NCBI RefSeq assembly: GCF_902459465.1
Contig: NC_047081.1
Coordinates: forward strand, 1,736,001-1,800,000
Origin: Asterias rubens
Lineage: Eukaryota
Direction: 5' to 3'
DNA length: 64,000 nucleotides
Numbering within the stretch: position 1 is the first letter of the stretch; each line of letters begins with the position of its first letter. This document shows, one piece after another, positions 33,107 through 45,371 of this stretch. The translations under genes and the position numbers were made by a program. The notes beneath the pieces were generated by a model, which searched no databases, was not told the origin of the DNA, and saw only the letters and a list, made by a program, of their open reading frames with translations.

Positions 33107-36100
33107 ATGTTGTTCGAAAACATGGAGTATGTTCTTGGCTTCGTGTACGAGCAAATGGTAGGCCGCAATGTTGTGCTGCTGTTTGCGATTTCGCTTTGTG
33201 CGACGTACGGTTTGTGGAGACGCCGTCGTGCGGACCTGCCTCCCGGGCCGTGGGGACTGCCCTACTTCGGCATGGTGCCGTACTTCCTCCTAGTAGAGTG
33301 GCTCTTTGGTCTGCAGCGGCATGAGATCTTGGAGAATTTTGGCGCCAAATACGGCAAGATATTCAGCTTCACTGCTTTCGGTCGTCTGGTCGTTGTCTTG
33401 AATGATGGACAGACTATCAAAGAGGTCTATCAACTGCAGGAACTAAATGACCGGCCGAGAATGAAGATTAATAACCAGTCCCTTGGAAAAGGTAAAGATT
33501 GAAGCCATTTTTTTTAAAGACCGAAATATAGGCATTCACCTTACATTAATTATTATGTTCAACATTATGGTTAAAATATCTTCAATCGAGTTGCTGATGC
33601 AGGTTTCCAATATGGCTTCGTGTGTGTGTGGGGGGGGGGGGGGGGGGGGAGGTGAACAGTTTTGCGAAAACCGCAAGCCCGTTTGGGGAACCTAAAGCGT
33701 GTGCTGCTCAGAGACACGCATCCCCACTTTGTGTTCATAAAGAAAAACAACTTTTGGGCTCAATTGATCGTTGTTGTTGCAAGAAAATAGTGGGGGAAAA
33801 AAACCCTTGTTGCATAGATTTGTGTTCTCTTTAAGATGCCTTAGAAAAGTCTCTATCCCTAAAGTCTTTCTCAGATTCAAAATGTTCGGGTGGAAATTAT
33901 ACTCTTTCTCTACAACTAAACTACTTCAAAGGGATGGTTTCTCATTTCTTGAATCAATAGCTCTTCAGTGACAAATAAGTTTTGATTGAAATTAACTTGG
34001 CGAGTACTACCAAGAGTGTACTGCCTTTAAATGCATTAGGCACGTTTGGTAATTTTCAAAGACCAGTATTCTTACTTGGTGAATCCCAAGATATGCACAA
34101 AATAACAAAAAATGTTGCTCAATTGGCCATCCAAGTTGCAAGATGAAAGAAAAACACCATTGTTGCACAACTTTATGTGCTTTCAGATGCATAACATAAG
34201 GGCTTGAGGTCTGAAGTCTTTCATTATTTGAGTGAGAATTTACCTCTTTCTCAAATAACTATGTGACTTCAGAGGGAGCCGTTTCTCACAATGTTGTATA
34301 ATATCAACACCTCCCTCTTGCTCATTACCAAGTGAATTTTTATGCTAACAATTATTTTTAGTAATTACCAATAGTGTCCACTGCCTTTAAAATAATCAAA
34401 ACGGTAAGTGACGACCTAAGGGACATTGACCCATATTTTGAGGAATAGGAATAAAGTACAATTTTGATCAACGATCGAAGGTCTATTGTTTTCGAGTCTG
34501 CACATAGCAGAGTTGTCAAATTTGAGCTAGGCCTATATTTGTATGGTACCCAGCAAGGGCAACCCGAATGGAACAATGGTGTCTTTATCACAGCATTTAC
34601 AAATATTTGTTCAAAGTTCAATTGCTGCGACGTTTTTTGGATGTCCCTAGACAACACAAAAACAATCTGACAAGAAAGTTTTTCCCTTTTGGACTTTAAC
34701 GGAACCAAGTGTTGTTGATGTTGTTGTTGTTTTTCATCGTCGTCGTTGCTGTTGTTTATATATAATAAACAAGAACTTTAAGAGGTTGTGAGATCTTGAG
34801 GAGGGATGCCTTAAAGTTCATGTTTTGCTCGTTTGCCTTTTTTGTTCCTTGATTTGTATCATGTTCTATGCTTTTTAATTCTTGTTATATTGTTCCAATT
34901 TTTCCACCCCCTGCAGTTTTGCTCTTAGATAGAGTTACTTGCCTGTTTACAATGTCATTTCATATGTGTCCCCTTATCGGAATTTCGTTGTATTGCTCTT
35001 AAACCATTTTGATGTATAGACTTGCTTTTTTTACGTATATCATTTTATGTGTGTTTATCTGTGTATGTCTATGCCTGTTTGCCTTTTTAAATTGTTTAGT
35101 GATTTGTATTATCTTCTGTGCTTTTTTATATGCCCCCTCTTACCTTAATGTTTTTTAGGGTTTTAGGAGAAATACGCCTTTTGGTGACAGTTATTTTTTT
35201 AACTTTTATGCTCTCCTGGGCACCCCACTGTTGTTTTACTTTGTTTTCTTAAATATTTTTAATGTATGTACATGTGCTTGTGAATGTGATTGCCCGAATA
35301 AATATTATTATTATTATTATTAGGACAAAAAGACAGACAAACAATACAAGCGGACAACAACAACACAAAAATGTGCAAAACAAATAAACAAACGATTGTG
35401 TAGAGCAGGGGTTCGTAAAAAGGGAGGGGAAAAGGGACTAAGAAGGACACTATTTAAGTGAGAATAAACAAAACAATGTACATAAATAACGGGAAATTAG
35501 AAAAACCGGTGGTCGAATAGAACCACATGATGTTATGTTCACAATGCAATGCAAAGCATCTGTTGAATGAGTCACACACTATTTCTAATTTCTTATGGTT
35601 GAAAACAGTAATGTGTGTGACATTAATCGACTTTGATACGGTTTTTGGCGCAGCTATTTTGTAATTTTAATTTTAGAATTGCTAAACAGTGCTCTCTTTA
35701 GGGAAATGCTAATACAGCGCTATAAAAACAACTGCATATGGGGTTCGTTCGTCCATGTCTCATCGTCATTGATGCAATTAAACCCAACAAGAGGAACACT
35801 TATGCATGAAAGAACTTTCGAGGACAAACCTTCAATCGAATTGAAATGGATCAATAGCACTCATTAATGCCATGATGTTCTTTTGTGCTGGTCCGTTTTG
35901 GTATAATGTATATACAATACTATTAGGGATAGACTCTGTAGTTACCTATTGCACACCTTTACAAAAAACACAACCAGGCACATGGACAAAAACCAAAACG
36001 GCAGACTGTAAGCGCAAGGTGGCTTGATCATAGACATTGAGGCGTTGCATGGTGAGGTATTAATCTATATTGTATACTAGATTATGGTCTTTTGAGAACT

Positions 36101-39100
36101 TGTCTCGCCATGTTATTGTACTGCCGCGGAACAGATTTTTCCTGCGATCGCTGCAGCGTTGAAATAGACCGATTCCAGCCTCGCTACCCTGGCTTGGGGG
36201 GGGGGGGGGCAGCGCGCCATCAACACCTCCCGTTAGTATAGACCCTGGACATGGAAAGGAAGCACTGAGTCAGCGCTGATTGGCTATAACCATAAGTGAC
36301 TGTTCTGCTCTGATTTTTCTAAATATTTTACGAAGTCCAAGCCATGCTATGATTTCGAAAACAGCCACAAGCTGCTCTTAGGCCCTTTACGAAACCACGG
36401 CTTCGGCTTTGGATTCGGCTTCAGGCTCCGTCCTCTCGTCTGAAGCCCTGAGTGCATGATACGCAAAGCACGCGCAATACTTGTCAAAACAACTGCAGCG
36501 CCAAGCTAGCCTGAGCCGAATCTTGAACCGAAGCCGGGACTTCGAAAAGGGCCTCAGCAACACTCTTAAGTGGTATAGCCGTATCCGTAACTAACAATTC
36601 GGCTATTGCTATATACTCTTGAGTGAATTCCTGTGAAGTTTAAAGCTCCTTTGACAAAACACTTCAAATGCTCTTTCTATACACGTTCAGGGTTTGCTCT
36701 TTACCTTTTTAGTGACTGGCGGCCAGAGGACCAGTATATCATTTTAGTACTTCAGCTTTTTCACTATAGTCCATGAAATAGAGAGGTTTTTAAGACTGGA
36801 ATAGCAACTGGATTAGCCAGCCGGATTAGTGACATTACATGAAAGGTGACCAAGTTTACAGTCATGTAAAACACAATGACGTCAGAGAGGCAGCCGGGTC
36901 AAAGGTTGTACAAATTGTGTGTATAAGGCCTTGTACCGATTTCAAGGGAAATATATTTAGTGATGTCGCAAGAGGGGGTAAAGATGGTCTTTCGTTTTTC
37001 TTCCATATCCAGGTGTCGCCTTTGCGAGTGGGGATTGTTGGAAGGAGCAGAGGCGCTTCACGATCAAGACCCTTGACCGCCTCGGTGCGGGAAAAGCCAT
37101 CCACGAGGAGAAGCTCTCTGAAGAAGCCAATGCGCTACTGGGGGAGATCGAAGCGCTAGACGGCAAGGCCTTCGACCCCAAATACCACATGATGATCTGC
37201 GTCTCCAACATCATAACATCGATGCTGTACAGCAGGAGGCACGACTACAACGACGCCGAGTACCAGGATTTCCTGGACATGATCGCAGAGATCACGCACC
37301 TCATGGGGACGGCCGGCGCGATGCCGACTACCCCGATCTTGAAGCACCTCAAGCTAACCCAAGGGAAGCGTCTCAGTGACAACATCATCGCCGAGATGCG
37401 GTATATGAAGCGGATCGTCCGTGAACGCCAGGCCAGCCACGACCCTTCAGGTGACCCGAGAGACTTCACCGACGCCTACCTATCCGAGATCCCAAACGAG
37501 GAGCTGACACATCTCTCCCACGGTAACCTAACCCACACTCTCATCCACGTCTTCTCCGCCGGTACGGAGAACATCTCCACGACGCTACGCTGGGCTCTTC
37601 TCTACATGATAGCTCACCCAGACGTCCAGGCCCGGGTGCAGGAAGAGCTAGACCGCGTAGTGGGGCAAGATCGAATGCCCAAGCTCTCGGATGAAGCGTC
37701 GCTCCCGTACACCCAAGCAACTCTCCTAGAGCTGCAACGCATGAGTACCGTAGCCCCGCTCGGCGTTGCGCACATGTCATCTGCCGATGCAAAGTACAGA
37801 GGATACACCATTCCAGCGCGTACAGCGGTCATCCCAAACACGTGGGCTATTCACTACAACCCTAAGGTGTGGGAGGAACCGTTCAAGTTCAACCCTGGGA
37901 GATTCTTGGATGAACAGGACAAGGTCAAAGGGGCTGAAGGAGTGGTGTCGTTCAGTGCTGGTAAGACACTATTTTTTTATTTTTTTTTATTCTTCGGAAA
38001 AAGGCCTCCCAGGGAAGGGCAAAAGTAAAAAAAACTGTCATCAACAAAGATGTGCCCGCCCAGATCTAGCTAATAAAAAGTACACATTTATATACTATAC
38101 AATAAACACTCTAAAAATGCAGTAAAAAATTAAACAAATTTATTTGGTCAAGGTTCACAACCACAATAATTTGGTACCTGTTTTGCCATTTCTTTGTTTC
38201 GCATAAAGTTCAGGAAAAATACATGTTTTAAATTATTATTATTATTATTATTTGGGGGGGGGGGGGGGAGTGGGGGAATCTCTAACAAATTGCAACAGTT
38301 TTTATTTGACCACAGTGCATTTTGTTAAGATCCTCAGAATGAAATCTTAAAAATCCACAAAAATCCAAGTAGTGGAAATCTGATTACTTTGCATAAATCC
38401 AATATGGCTGCCATTTTAAAGATTTTGCATATTGCACCTCTTTTTGAAACTCCTTGCCTGATGCATATTTCCCTCCATCCCACAATCTGTTTGAAGAGGA
38501 ATTGAATTATATTCATTTAATAAAGATTCGTCTTTTTCGGAATGGCCAAAGGGGCAAGCAAACTCGCACTAAGAACTTTGGTTGTATACATCTGTGATTC
38601 ATTTTGATCTGGGGTTGAAAACAGACAATCAGCGGGATATGAACCGAAGACGTTCTAATTAACGTGTCGACACTCAACCAATTTAGATACTGCTATTTGA
38701 AGACACTGGACACTATTAGTAATTGTCAAAGACAAGTCTTCTCACTTGGTGTATCTCAACATATGCATAAAATAACAAACCTGTGAACATTTGAGCTCAA
38801 TCGGTCGTTGAAGTTGCGAGATAAAAATGTAAGAAAAACACCCTTGTCACACACGAAGTTGTGTGCTTTCACATGCCTGATTTCGAGACTTCAAATTCTA
38901 AATCTGAGGTCTCGAAATCAAATTCGTGGAAAATTACTTCTTTCTCGAAAACTATGGCACTACAGAGGGATCCGTTTCTCACAATGTTTTATACCATCAA
39001 CCTCTCCCCATTACTCATTACCAAATCAGGTTTTATGCCACTAATTATTTTGAGTAATTTCCAATAGTGTCCACTGCCTTTAAATCGTAGTCATTGTTGC

Positions 39101-39289
39101 TTTGCAGGAAACCGTGTTTGCATCGGACGCCATCTTGCCCGTATGGAGATGTACACCTTCCTGACTCATCTACTCCATAAGTTTTCGTTCCAGAAGGCAG
39201 ACTGCTCCCCGCCGCTTTCCTTCAAGGGAAGTGGCAGTTTCGCTAGGGTACCAGACCAGTACTTCCTGCACGCTGTGAAAAGGTTTTGA
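33107..39289 (+). CDS. Cytochrome P450, clan 2 (CYP2-like), 504 aa; exons 33107..33491, 37013..37960, 39108..39289
   Basis: N-terminal membrane anchor and basic stretch, PPGPWGLP hinge, C-helix WKEQRR, I-helix AGTENISTT, K-helix ELQR, FNPGRF meander and heme motif FSAGNRVCIG (split by intron 2). Total 1515 nt, in frame. Confidence 0.95.
34031..34386. mobile_element. Kolobok-like MITE K1 in CYP intron 1, sharing a TTAA with an older K1-like copy ending at ~34026
   Basis: ...gtgtactgcct|ttaa|atgcattaggcacgtttggtaatt ... ccaatagtgtccactgcct|ttaa. Confidence 0.75.
36381..36553. mobile_element. Harbinger-like MITE with ~47-bp imperfect TIRs
   Basis: ggccctttacgaaaccacggcttcgg...caggct versus agcctgagccgaatc...cgaagccgggacttcgaaaagggcc; flanks tta/tca. 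Confidence 0.75.
38701..39079. mobile_element. Kolobok-like MITE K1 in CYP intron 2
   Basis: K1 body in reverse orientation; the right TTAA (39080-83) lies 24 nt before the exon-3 acceptor. Confidence 0.85.
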
Positions 39290-39410
39290 GTCCGGAAACT
39301 GAATGTCAAATCCAAGAAGGATCAATTATTAGGACTGTTGTAGATTTTCCCAGCCAATTTGAACAAAGAAAATTGTCATTATAACACTCTGCTCGTTCAC
39401 TTTCGTTTGA

Positions 39411-39612
39411 AACTTCTACTATCCTTTCACTTACTGGCAGCTCTTGCTGCTGGCTTTTACAAAAACAGCCCAAAGGAGTAATTAAAGTTCACTAGTTTAG
39501 CATTCACTGTCAAAAATAAGATCCTTCAATTTCACAAGGCCGCAAGTTTCATCAAGTTTTGTAAAAGCCAGCAACAAGAGCTGCTGTAAGTGTATATAAG
39601 GATAGTAGAAGT
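39411..39612. mobile_element. MITE / long inverted repeat in the CYP 3' region
   Basis: ~55-bp arms aacttctactatcct...gctggcttttacaaaa / ttttgtaaaagccagc...aggatagtagaagtt. Confidence 0.75.
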
Positions 39613-40379
39613 TCAGTTTAAGAATGGCCAAAGGGTAATCTTGAATGCCTGTCATGGTTCAATAAATTGAATATATTATGACTAAAACAAATCTGAATGA
39701 GAAACACGAAAACATTGAATGCACTACCTAAAAAAGCAAATTTAAGTGGATAAGGGTAAAACGCATGAACTGGAATGTGTGTTAATAATGGATTGTTTTG
39801 GCCAGGAAGACCTTATCTTGTAAAGAAGGAGAGATAACATTAATTTATGAATAATTTTATGGGAAATCTGAAGATGTTGAGACCTCTTTTTCTACCTCTA
39901 CGGTAAGACACTACTATAGAATTGCAAAGGTCGTGGGTTCGAATCCCACCCAAGTAATATATACCCAGTGATTTTTTTCTTCTTCATAGAACTAGGAAAA
40001 TATGCCTACTAAGTATCACTAAATCGGTGTTTATAGGTAAAACCAATAAAGCTATTTGGTAAAACCAAAATTAATATAGTCAATAGTTTGGATAGATCAC
40101 AGATTAATTTAGCATGTAATAATGTATTTGTTTATCTTTGTATTTCTTTGATTTGTTTTCCTTCCAATCTGTGTGCGAGTGCAATCAAGAGTATAACTTC
40201 TACAATGCAAAAAAAATGTCAGTTCAATGCAATTAATGCTTATAGATTGAGTACATATTAAACTGTTAAATTTCTTTTGCTGAAAACCAGTTTTTTAAGT
40301 GTGCTTATAGTATTTATTTGCCTTCGGTCTCGATCTATTAAGGAAAGCAAATTTGAATCATACAAGTGTCATCCGTAGG

Positions 40380-40876
40380 GCCGGTGTCCGATGCAATTGT
40401 GTCCGCCATGCAATACTGTCCGCTCCAGACACTTTTGCATATGCAATCGTGTCCGGGGCTATGTAAAAACCGTCCGGCGGACATGTACATGACTGGGATG
40501 TGTGTGCGGGTGTAAGCGAGCGTGCCCTTGCACTGAACCTACGTATTATGCAGCCTGAATATTCACGTATTTTATGATTGCAGCGAACGGCCGAACATTT
40601 CCCATGTCATTCATGACATGCACTTTAAGCTTGTAAAAAAAATGGCGAACGTGTTCCGTCGACCAAGGGCGTTTAATTAACTGCAAGGACGGTTTTGCAC
40701 GGGGGCGGACACAGCTGCATATGCAAGTATGTCCGGGCGGACACAATTGCATTATGCAGCAGCGTCCGGGAGGACACGATTGCATATGCAAAACCGTCCG
40801 GCGGACATTATTACATATGCAATACTGTCCTCCGGATAGTATTGCATAGAGGACATAATTGCATGCGACACCAGCC
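40380..40876. mobile_element. TIR element with subterminal TGCATATGCA / GTCCGGCGGAC repeats
   Basis: Termini ggccggtgtccgatgcaattgtgtcc / ggacataattgcatgcgacaccagcc; multiple ~30-bp subterminal repeats at both ends. Confidence 0.7.
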
Positions 40877-41719
40877 ATCAGCTCCCAGTAGATGAACATC
40901 TATGTGACTACTCTGGCACAGAAAAATGCTTTGAGGCGCGTGGGCACGGGCCCCTTTGTAGGATAAGAATTCGAAGTATTCAGGTCTAGCGGTACGGGAT
41001 GAAAGACGTAATCACTTAGGCGATTTATTGCGTCACTATCTGAATGGTTTGCGCCTGTGCTGCTTAAGCTATCATTAAAGGAATAGCTTGAATAGCTACT
41101 AACCATAGTAATTTAAATCACAATGAAGCATTATGAAGGAGTTAGAGTACATCTGTTGCTACGGGATAGTGCATGTAAACAAGAATGTCCAAGCATTGCA
41201 AACAATGGTCGTTCTAACTCCTTCTAGTTTATTGCTCCATGAAACAACCATGAGAACATTATTTTTATGGAGGTCTATTTCTACCTCCATGATTATTTGG
41301 AGGAAATACGTCCATCATTTCGGGTTTCGAAATGATTTAAAGAAGATGATATGCGAAATGTTGAATGATCATGACGATAAGATTTGATGATTGGAATGGA
41401 CCATGGGACACAGGCGAAGTGAACGCGTTCATCTCTGTGGATGGGCGGTAGATGATCTTGTCGGAGCTCTGGACGGCCGTTCTTGACAGTAGATGTGACG
41501 TCATCTTGAGTCTTGGGTTGAATAATCCCTATACAGCTCACGTAGGAAGCTCAACTGTGCGTTGGTGACGTCATTGGTCGACAGTGCAAGGTATTCCGAT
41601 TTCAGACTTGTGAGCCCATGTACGGATTGTTCAATTTGGCGATCTGTGTATCACAAAGGAGTCTGTAATGGGTTGGACGGTTGTACAATTGTGGTCCAAA
41701 ATTGAAGAAAGAAATCCCA

Positions 41720-42350
41720 AGGGGGTAAGATCTGCAATTTTATAAAATTTGAGATTTTTTGTTTTCTTCAAACATCATAAGGGGGTAAATCCAGCATTTT
41801 TATCAATTTTAAACATAAATGCTTCATATTTTTTTCAACTTTTGACCTAAATTTAATAAAAATGATGGACTTTTCCATTGTGATTTTTTCAATTTTAGAC
41901 TTAAATTTAATAAAAATAAATGCTGGCATGTATACTCATTGTTATTTTTTCAGTTTAGGACATCAATTTGTTCGCAATGCTGGACTTACCCCTTGTGATT
42001 TTTATCTGGACCTTAAGTTGATACAAATGTTGGAATTACCTTCTTTTTTTTTTCCATTTTTGGACCAGAATTTGATAAAAGATCGGCCTAACCCCTTGTG
42101 TCTTTGTCTCACTTTTTCCTTCAAATTTGAAGGAAAAAAAAAACTAGTTTACCCTGAAATTTTTTCAATTTTGGACCCGATTTAAAAAAAAAAAAAAATT
42201 AATTAAACTTTTTACCAAAATTTGATTTAAAATGTTGGACTTGTCCCTTGTGTAATTGTTTTCATTTTTGGACCCCATATTTATAAAAATGCTTGATGAC
42301 TTACATTTTATGAATTTTTTTACCCAAAATCATAAAAATGCTGGACTAAC
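41720..42350. repeat. Degenerate ~55-60-bp satellite-like array
   Basis: Recurring ttttcaattttggacc...aataaaaatgctggacttaccccttgtg units. Confidence 0.7.
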
Positions 42351-42620
42351 ACCTTATGTTTTTTTTCATTTTAAACCCGCTCGTTAATTTTGGTAAAAAT
42401 CGGTAAAAAAAACCCGCAAAAACTCAATAAATTTCGGAAATAAAATCACTAAAATGCCTCAAAACTCTTCAAAACGTCTTCACACTGCTAAGACTGATCC
42501 ATTGCAACAAATCAAAAACAAATCTTGACAGAAATCAACTGAAAAGTACGTTTTTAATCTAAAAACGACTTCTAAATGCATCTAATAAACTTATAACACT
42601 GTTTACGCTCCTATACGTAT

Positions 42621-43253
42621 TGTAGCGGAATATGCATTGCGTGCGAGAGGGAATTTCCCTTTTGCTGGTGCGCGGGCTGCTGTCCGTGCATCAGATAGCG
42701 TTGCGGGTACCCCGCGCGGGTATATAAGCGCGTCGCACGTGCTCACTCCGTCTGTCTCTCCTCCCCGCTGTTCATTTAGTGTCGCTGCTGTATCTCTGCT
42801 GTTTCTGCTGCCGGCTGTGTTACTGCTTGGTGCTGTTCTGTTTAGTTGTCCGGGAGCAAGTTATAGACCAAATTGTTGCATTGGAAGCGCCGCCGGACTA
42901 GGGTGAGTAGCTGCACCTCGTAAATTATATCAGTCCCGATGTCCATTCATTATTAATTACTAAGTTCTAGTGATTCTATAGATTGCCTCTCATTTAACAA
43001 CCAATCAGCCTCAGCACCTAATCAGGAACCCTAATCAATGCCAGTAGTGATTCAATAAACCAGCCCAATTCCGAATATTAATCAGTGTCAAGTGTGAACT
43101 AATTGAAGTCTCAGCCCTGTGTTGGGGGAGGGGGGGGGGGGGTGATTAAGCTAGGCGCCTGGGGGTAGATTTCACCCGAAACGAGTCCGCCCCACCGGTC
43201 TCTGTGGTAACCGCTCATCCAGAGGCCGAAGTCCCGAGGTACCCGGCGAGATA
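42621..43253 (+). mobile_element. Possible solo LTR
   Basis: Starts TGTAGCGG; GC-rich U3-like region with TATATAA (42721); AATAAA (43054); ends ...CGAGATA (CA to TA?); flanked by cgtat/tgtat (5-bp TSD with one mismatch). Confidence 0.35.
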
Positions 43254-43856
43254 TGTATTGTATTCGTAAGGAGAACATAACAACAACAGCGTAACTTTGG
43301 CGACTTCTTTGACTTCAAATGCACCAATTCCAAGGCAAATCCTTCATTGTACAATGTTTTACTTATACAACAAGTAATGTTTTAACGTAAAAACTCTTAA
43401 AACAAACACTAAAATCCCCTCAGATTTCCTCAAAGTTATAATAAAAACAGCAAATTTGTACCACATGCATGTAATCTCCAAGTTCTTTCCCACATAAAGT
43501 GTCTGTACTGAAAAAAATAGACGTCGAGCAACAACTTAGTTTTTAAGATTTCTAGTCTGAAATAAGGAAGAGAGTGGTAGCACTTAAAGACCAAACTAAT
43601 TACATAAACAAACTCCACAAGCTTTTGTAGTAACAATTATATTTGGTTTGTGGTAACACCATGTGTTCATCTACTTGCCAGGTAGAGTTTGTTCTTTAAT
43701 AGTAACACTAACAACTACTTCATAAGATGCAAAGAAAGGGACAATCGCTCACAGTATTCGCTGGATGAAGCCTGGTTCATACTTCCTGCGAATGCAAATG
43801 CTATACAAATGTTGATGTCAAAAATTTGCAACTAATAGTTCGCGAATAATAATATG

Positions 43857-44325
43857 AATATAAACCACAAGGGAAACTGACTGGGTAAATTTGTAAATGA
43901 TTTTTGGGGTTGAACAAAGAATTGACTAGAGTGGGATTCGAACCAACGACCTCCGGATTAACGTGCCGGCACTCTACCAACTGAGCTATCTAGCCCTATA
44001 TTGGCGGTGTCCCTATTTTGTCAATATCTTTGTTCGGGGGTGCCAGTCAGAAGCCATACAACCGTTAACTGCCGTGTAGCCAGGGATCACACCCAAATTA
44101 CGATACAACCTGGGAAGCGGCAGCTAGGGGATCACCTTAAGGGGATGCGACTTTTTGTTTCAGATATCAATATAAACCACAAGGGAAACTGACTGGGTAA
44201 ATTTGTAAATGATTTTTGGGGTTGAACAAAGAATTGACTAGAGTGGGATTCGAACCGGCACGTTAATCCGGAGGTCGTTGGTTCGAATCCCACTCTAGTC
44301 AATTCTTTGTTCAACCCCAAAAATA
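43857..44325 (-). mobile_element. 312-bp tRNA-containing repeat unit in a tandem plus fold-back arrangement
   Basis: Direct repeat with period 312 (43861 vs 44173); 45-bp inverted arms at 44211-44256 / 44281-44325. Other family members at ~14490, ~47150, ~47455, ~48880-49110 and ~50460. Confidence 0.8.
43923..43995 (-). pseudogene. tRNA-like cloverleaf (tRNA-Lys-like body, GTT at the anticodon position); repeat-derived, probably not a functional tRNA
   Basis: GGCTAGATAGCTCAGTTGGTAGAGTGCCGGCACGTTAATCCGGAGGTCGTTGGTTCGAATCCCACTCTAGTCA. 7-bp acceptor stem, D and T arms, and A/B boxes are present, but it has A32/C33 and C31.T39 and T51.C63 mismatches. Confidence 0.7.
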
Positions 44326-45371
44326 ATAATATGCTAAACTTTCTGCAGATATCACAGCAAAAACAGAGTTGTGACGTAAAATGAACATCGCACTCGCGGG
44401 AAGTATGAACCGGGCTTGACACCCCTATGTTCTGACACCCTTTATAGAAGTATGTTAACAATAAGGTGACACAGGCGACAAATGTTTCCAATTTCAGAAC
44501 AACTGCGAGTGACTTTAATAGATAGATCAACTAGTCAGAAAATCACATACTTTCCAACTCAACAAAAGGCAAAATTAAACTAATGTAGCTGCAATATTAT
44601 GTGGTTACGGTACTGTTCTTTCAAGAACTACAACAAAATAACAATCGGGAATAGTTTGCAAACAGATACTACTTATGCCAAAAACAACTCAAAACTTACA
44701 CATACTTTTTTGTACGATCAAAATTTGGCAACATACATGCAGTTCTTTAAAAGCTACAAATGGCACTAAAAAAATGGCAAACAGCAAACATAATGGTCTT
44801 GTATTCGTATTGTTTCCACGAGGTATTATTTCCACCAGGCAGTGACTAAAATAATATTTGGCAAACATTTTTCTTTTTTTTTTACAAATTACATCAAGTT
44901 TTAAAATTTGTTGCAGACATTTCATTTTTCATCCATAAAATGTAACTTTTGCAATAATTCCACAAAAATTAATTGTAATACCAATCAGTAATCAGTAATG
45001 TATAAGATATAATGGAACAAATAGCTTGAATATTTTGCATTGAGTTTTCAGCTCTACAGTTTGAAAATCACTTTATAAAAACAGGCACTTTGTTTACCTA
45101 ACTTTTAGTTAAAGGCACAATTGATGGTGAAACACTAAAGACACTTTTTCACCCCGCTCAGCAGTGGTGTATCTACAAACATCTTTTAAAACACTCATGA
45201 TATTTGGTACAAAGGCTTGCTTAAAATGTACACATGATGCAATTACAAGCCCGAACAGACTTTAAAGGCATTATTATGGATGATTATTCTGATATGACCC
45301 ATGGGTAAAAAAAATCGGGAAACAGACTAAAGTAGGAAGAATATCATGCATGATAACAGTTTGCAAACCTG

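Noticed and set aside
38808-39067. ORFs recurring at ~5115, ~38808 and ~48652 (…[15 protein letters not shown]…)
   Set aside because: These are chance frames within Kolobok K1 MITE copies, not a gene family or transposase.
43160-43250. HDV-like, twister or hammerhead ribozyme in the GC-rich stretch
   Set aside because: It contains GAAAC and hairpins, but I could not build the conserved cores or pseudoknots by hand.
43923-43995. Functional tRNA-Asn(GTT) gene
   Set aside because: It lacks U33, has C31.T39 and T51.C63 mismatches, its body resembles tRNA-Lys rather than tRNA-Asn, and it is embedded in a multi-copy repeat.
44061-44140. Twister ribozyme in the leader of the 312-bp repeat
   Set aside because: UAA and P2-like stems are present, but the conserved L4 (CCC-AAGC) is missing and the ~49-kb copy shows no compensatory changes.
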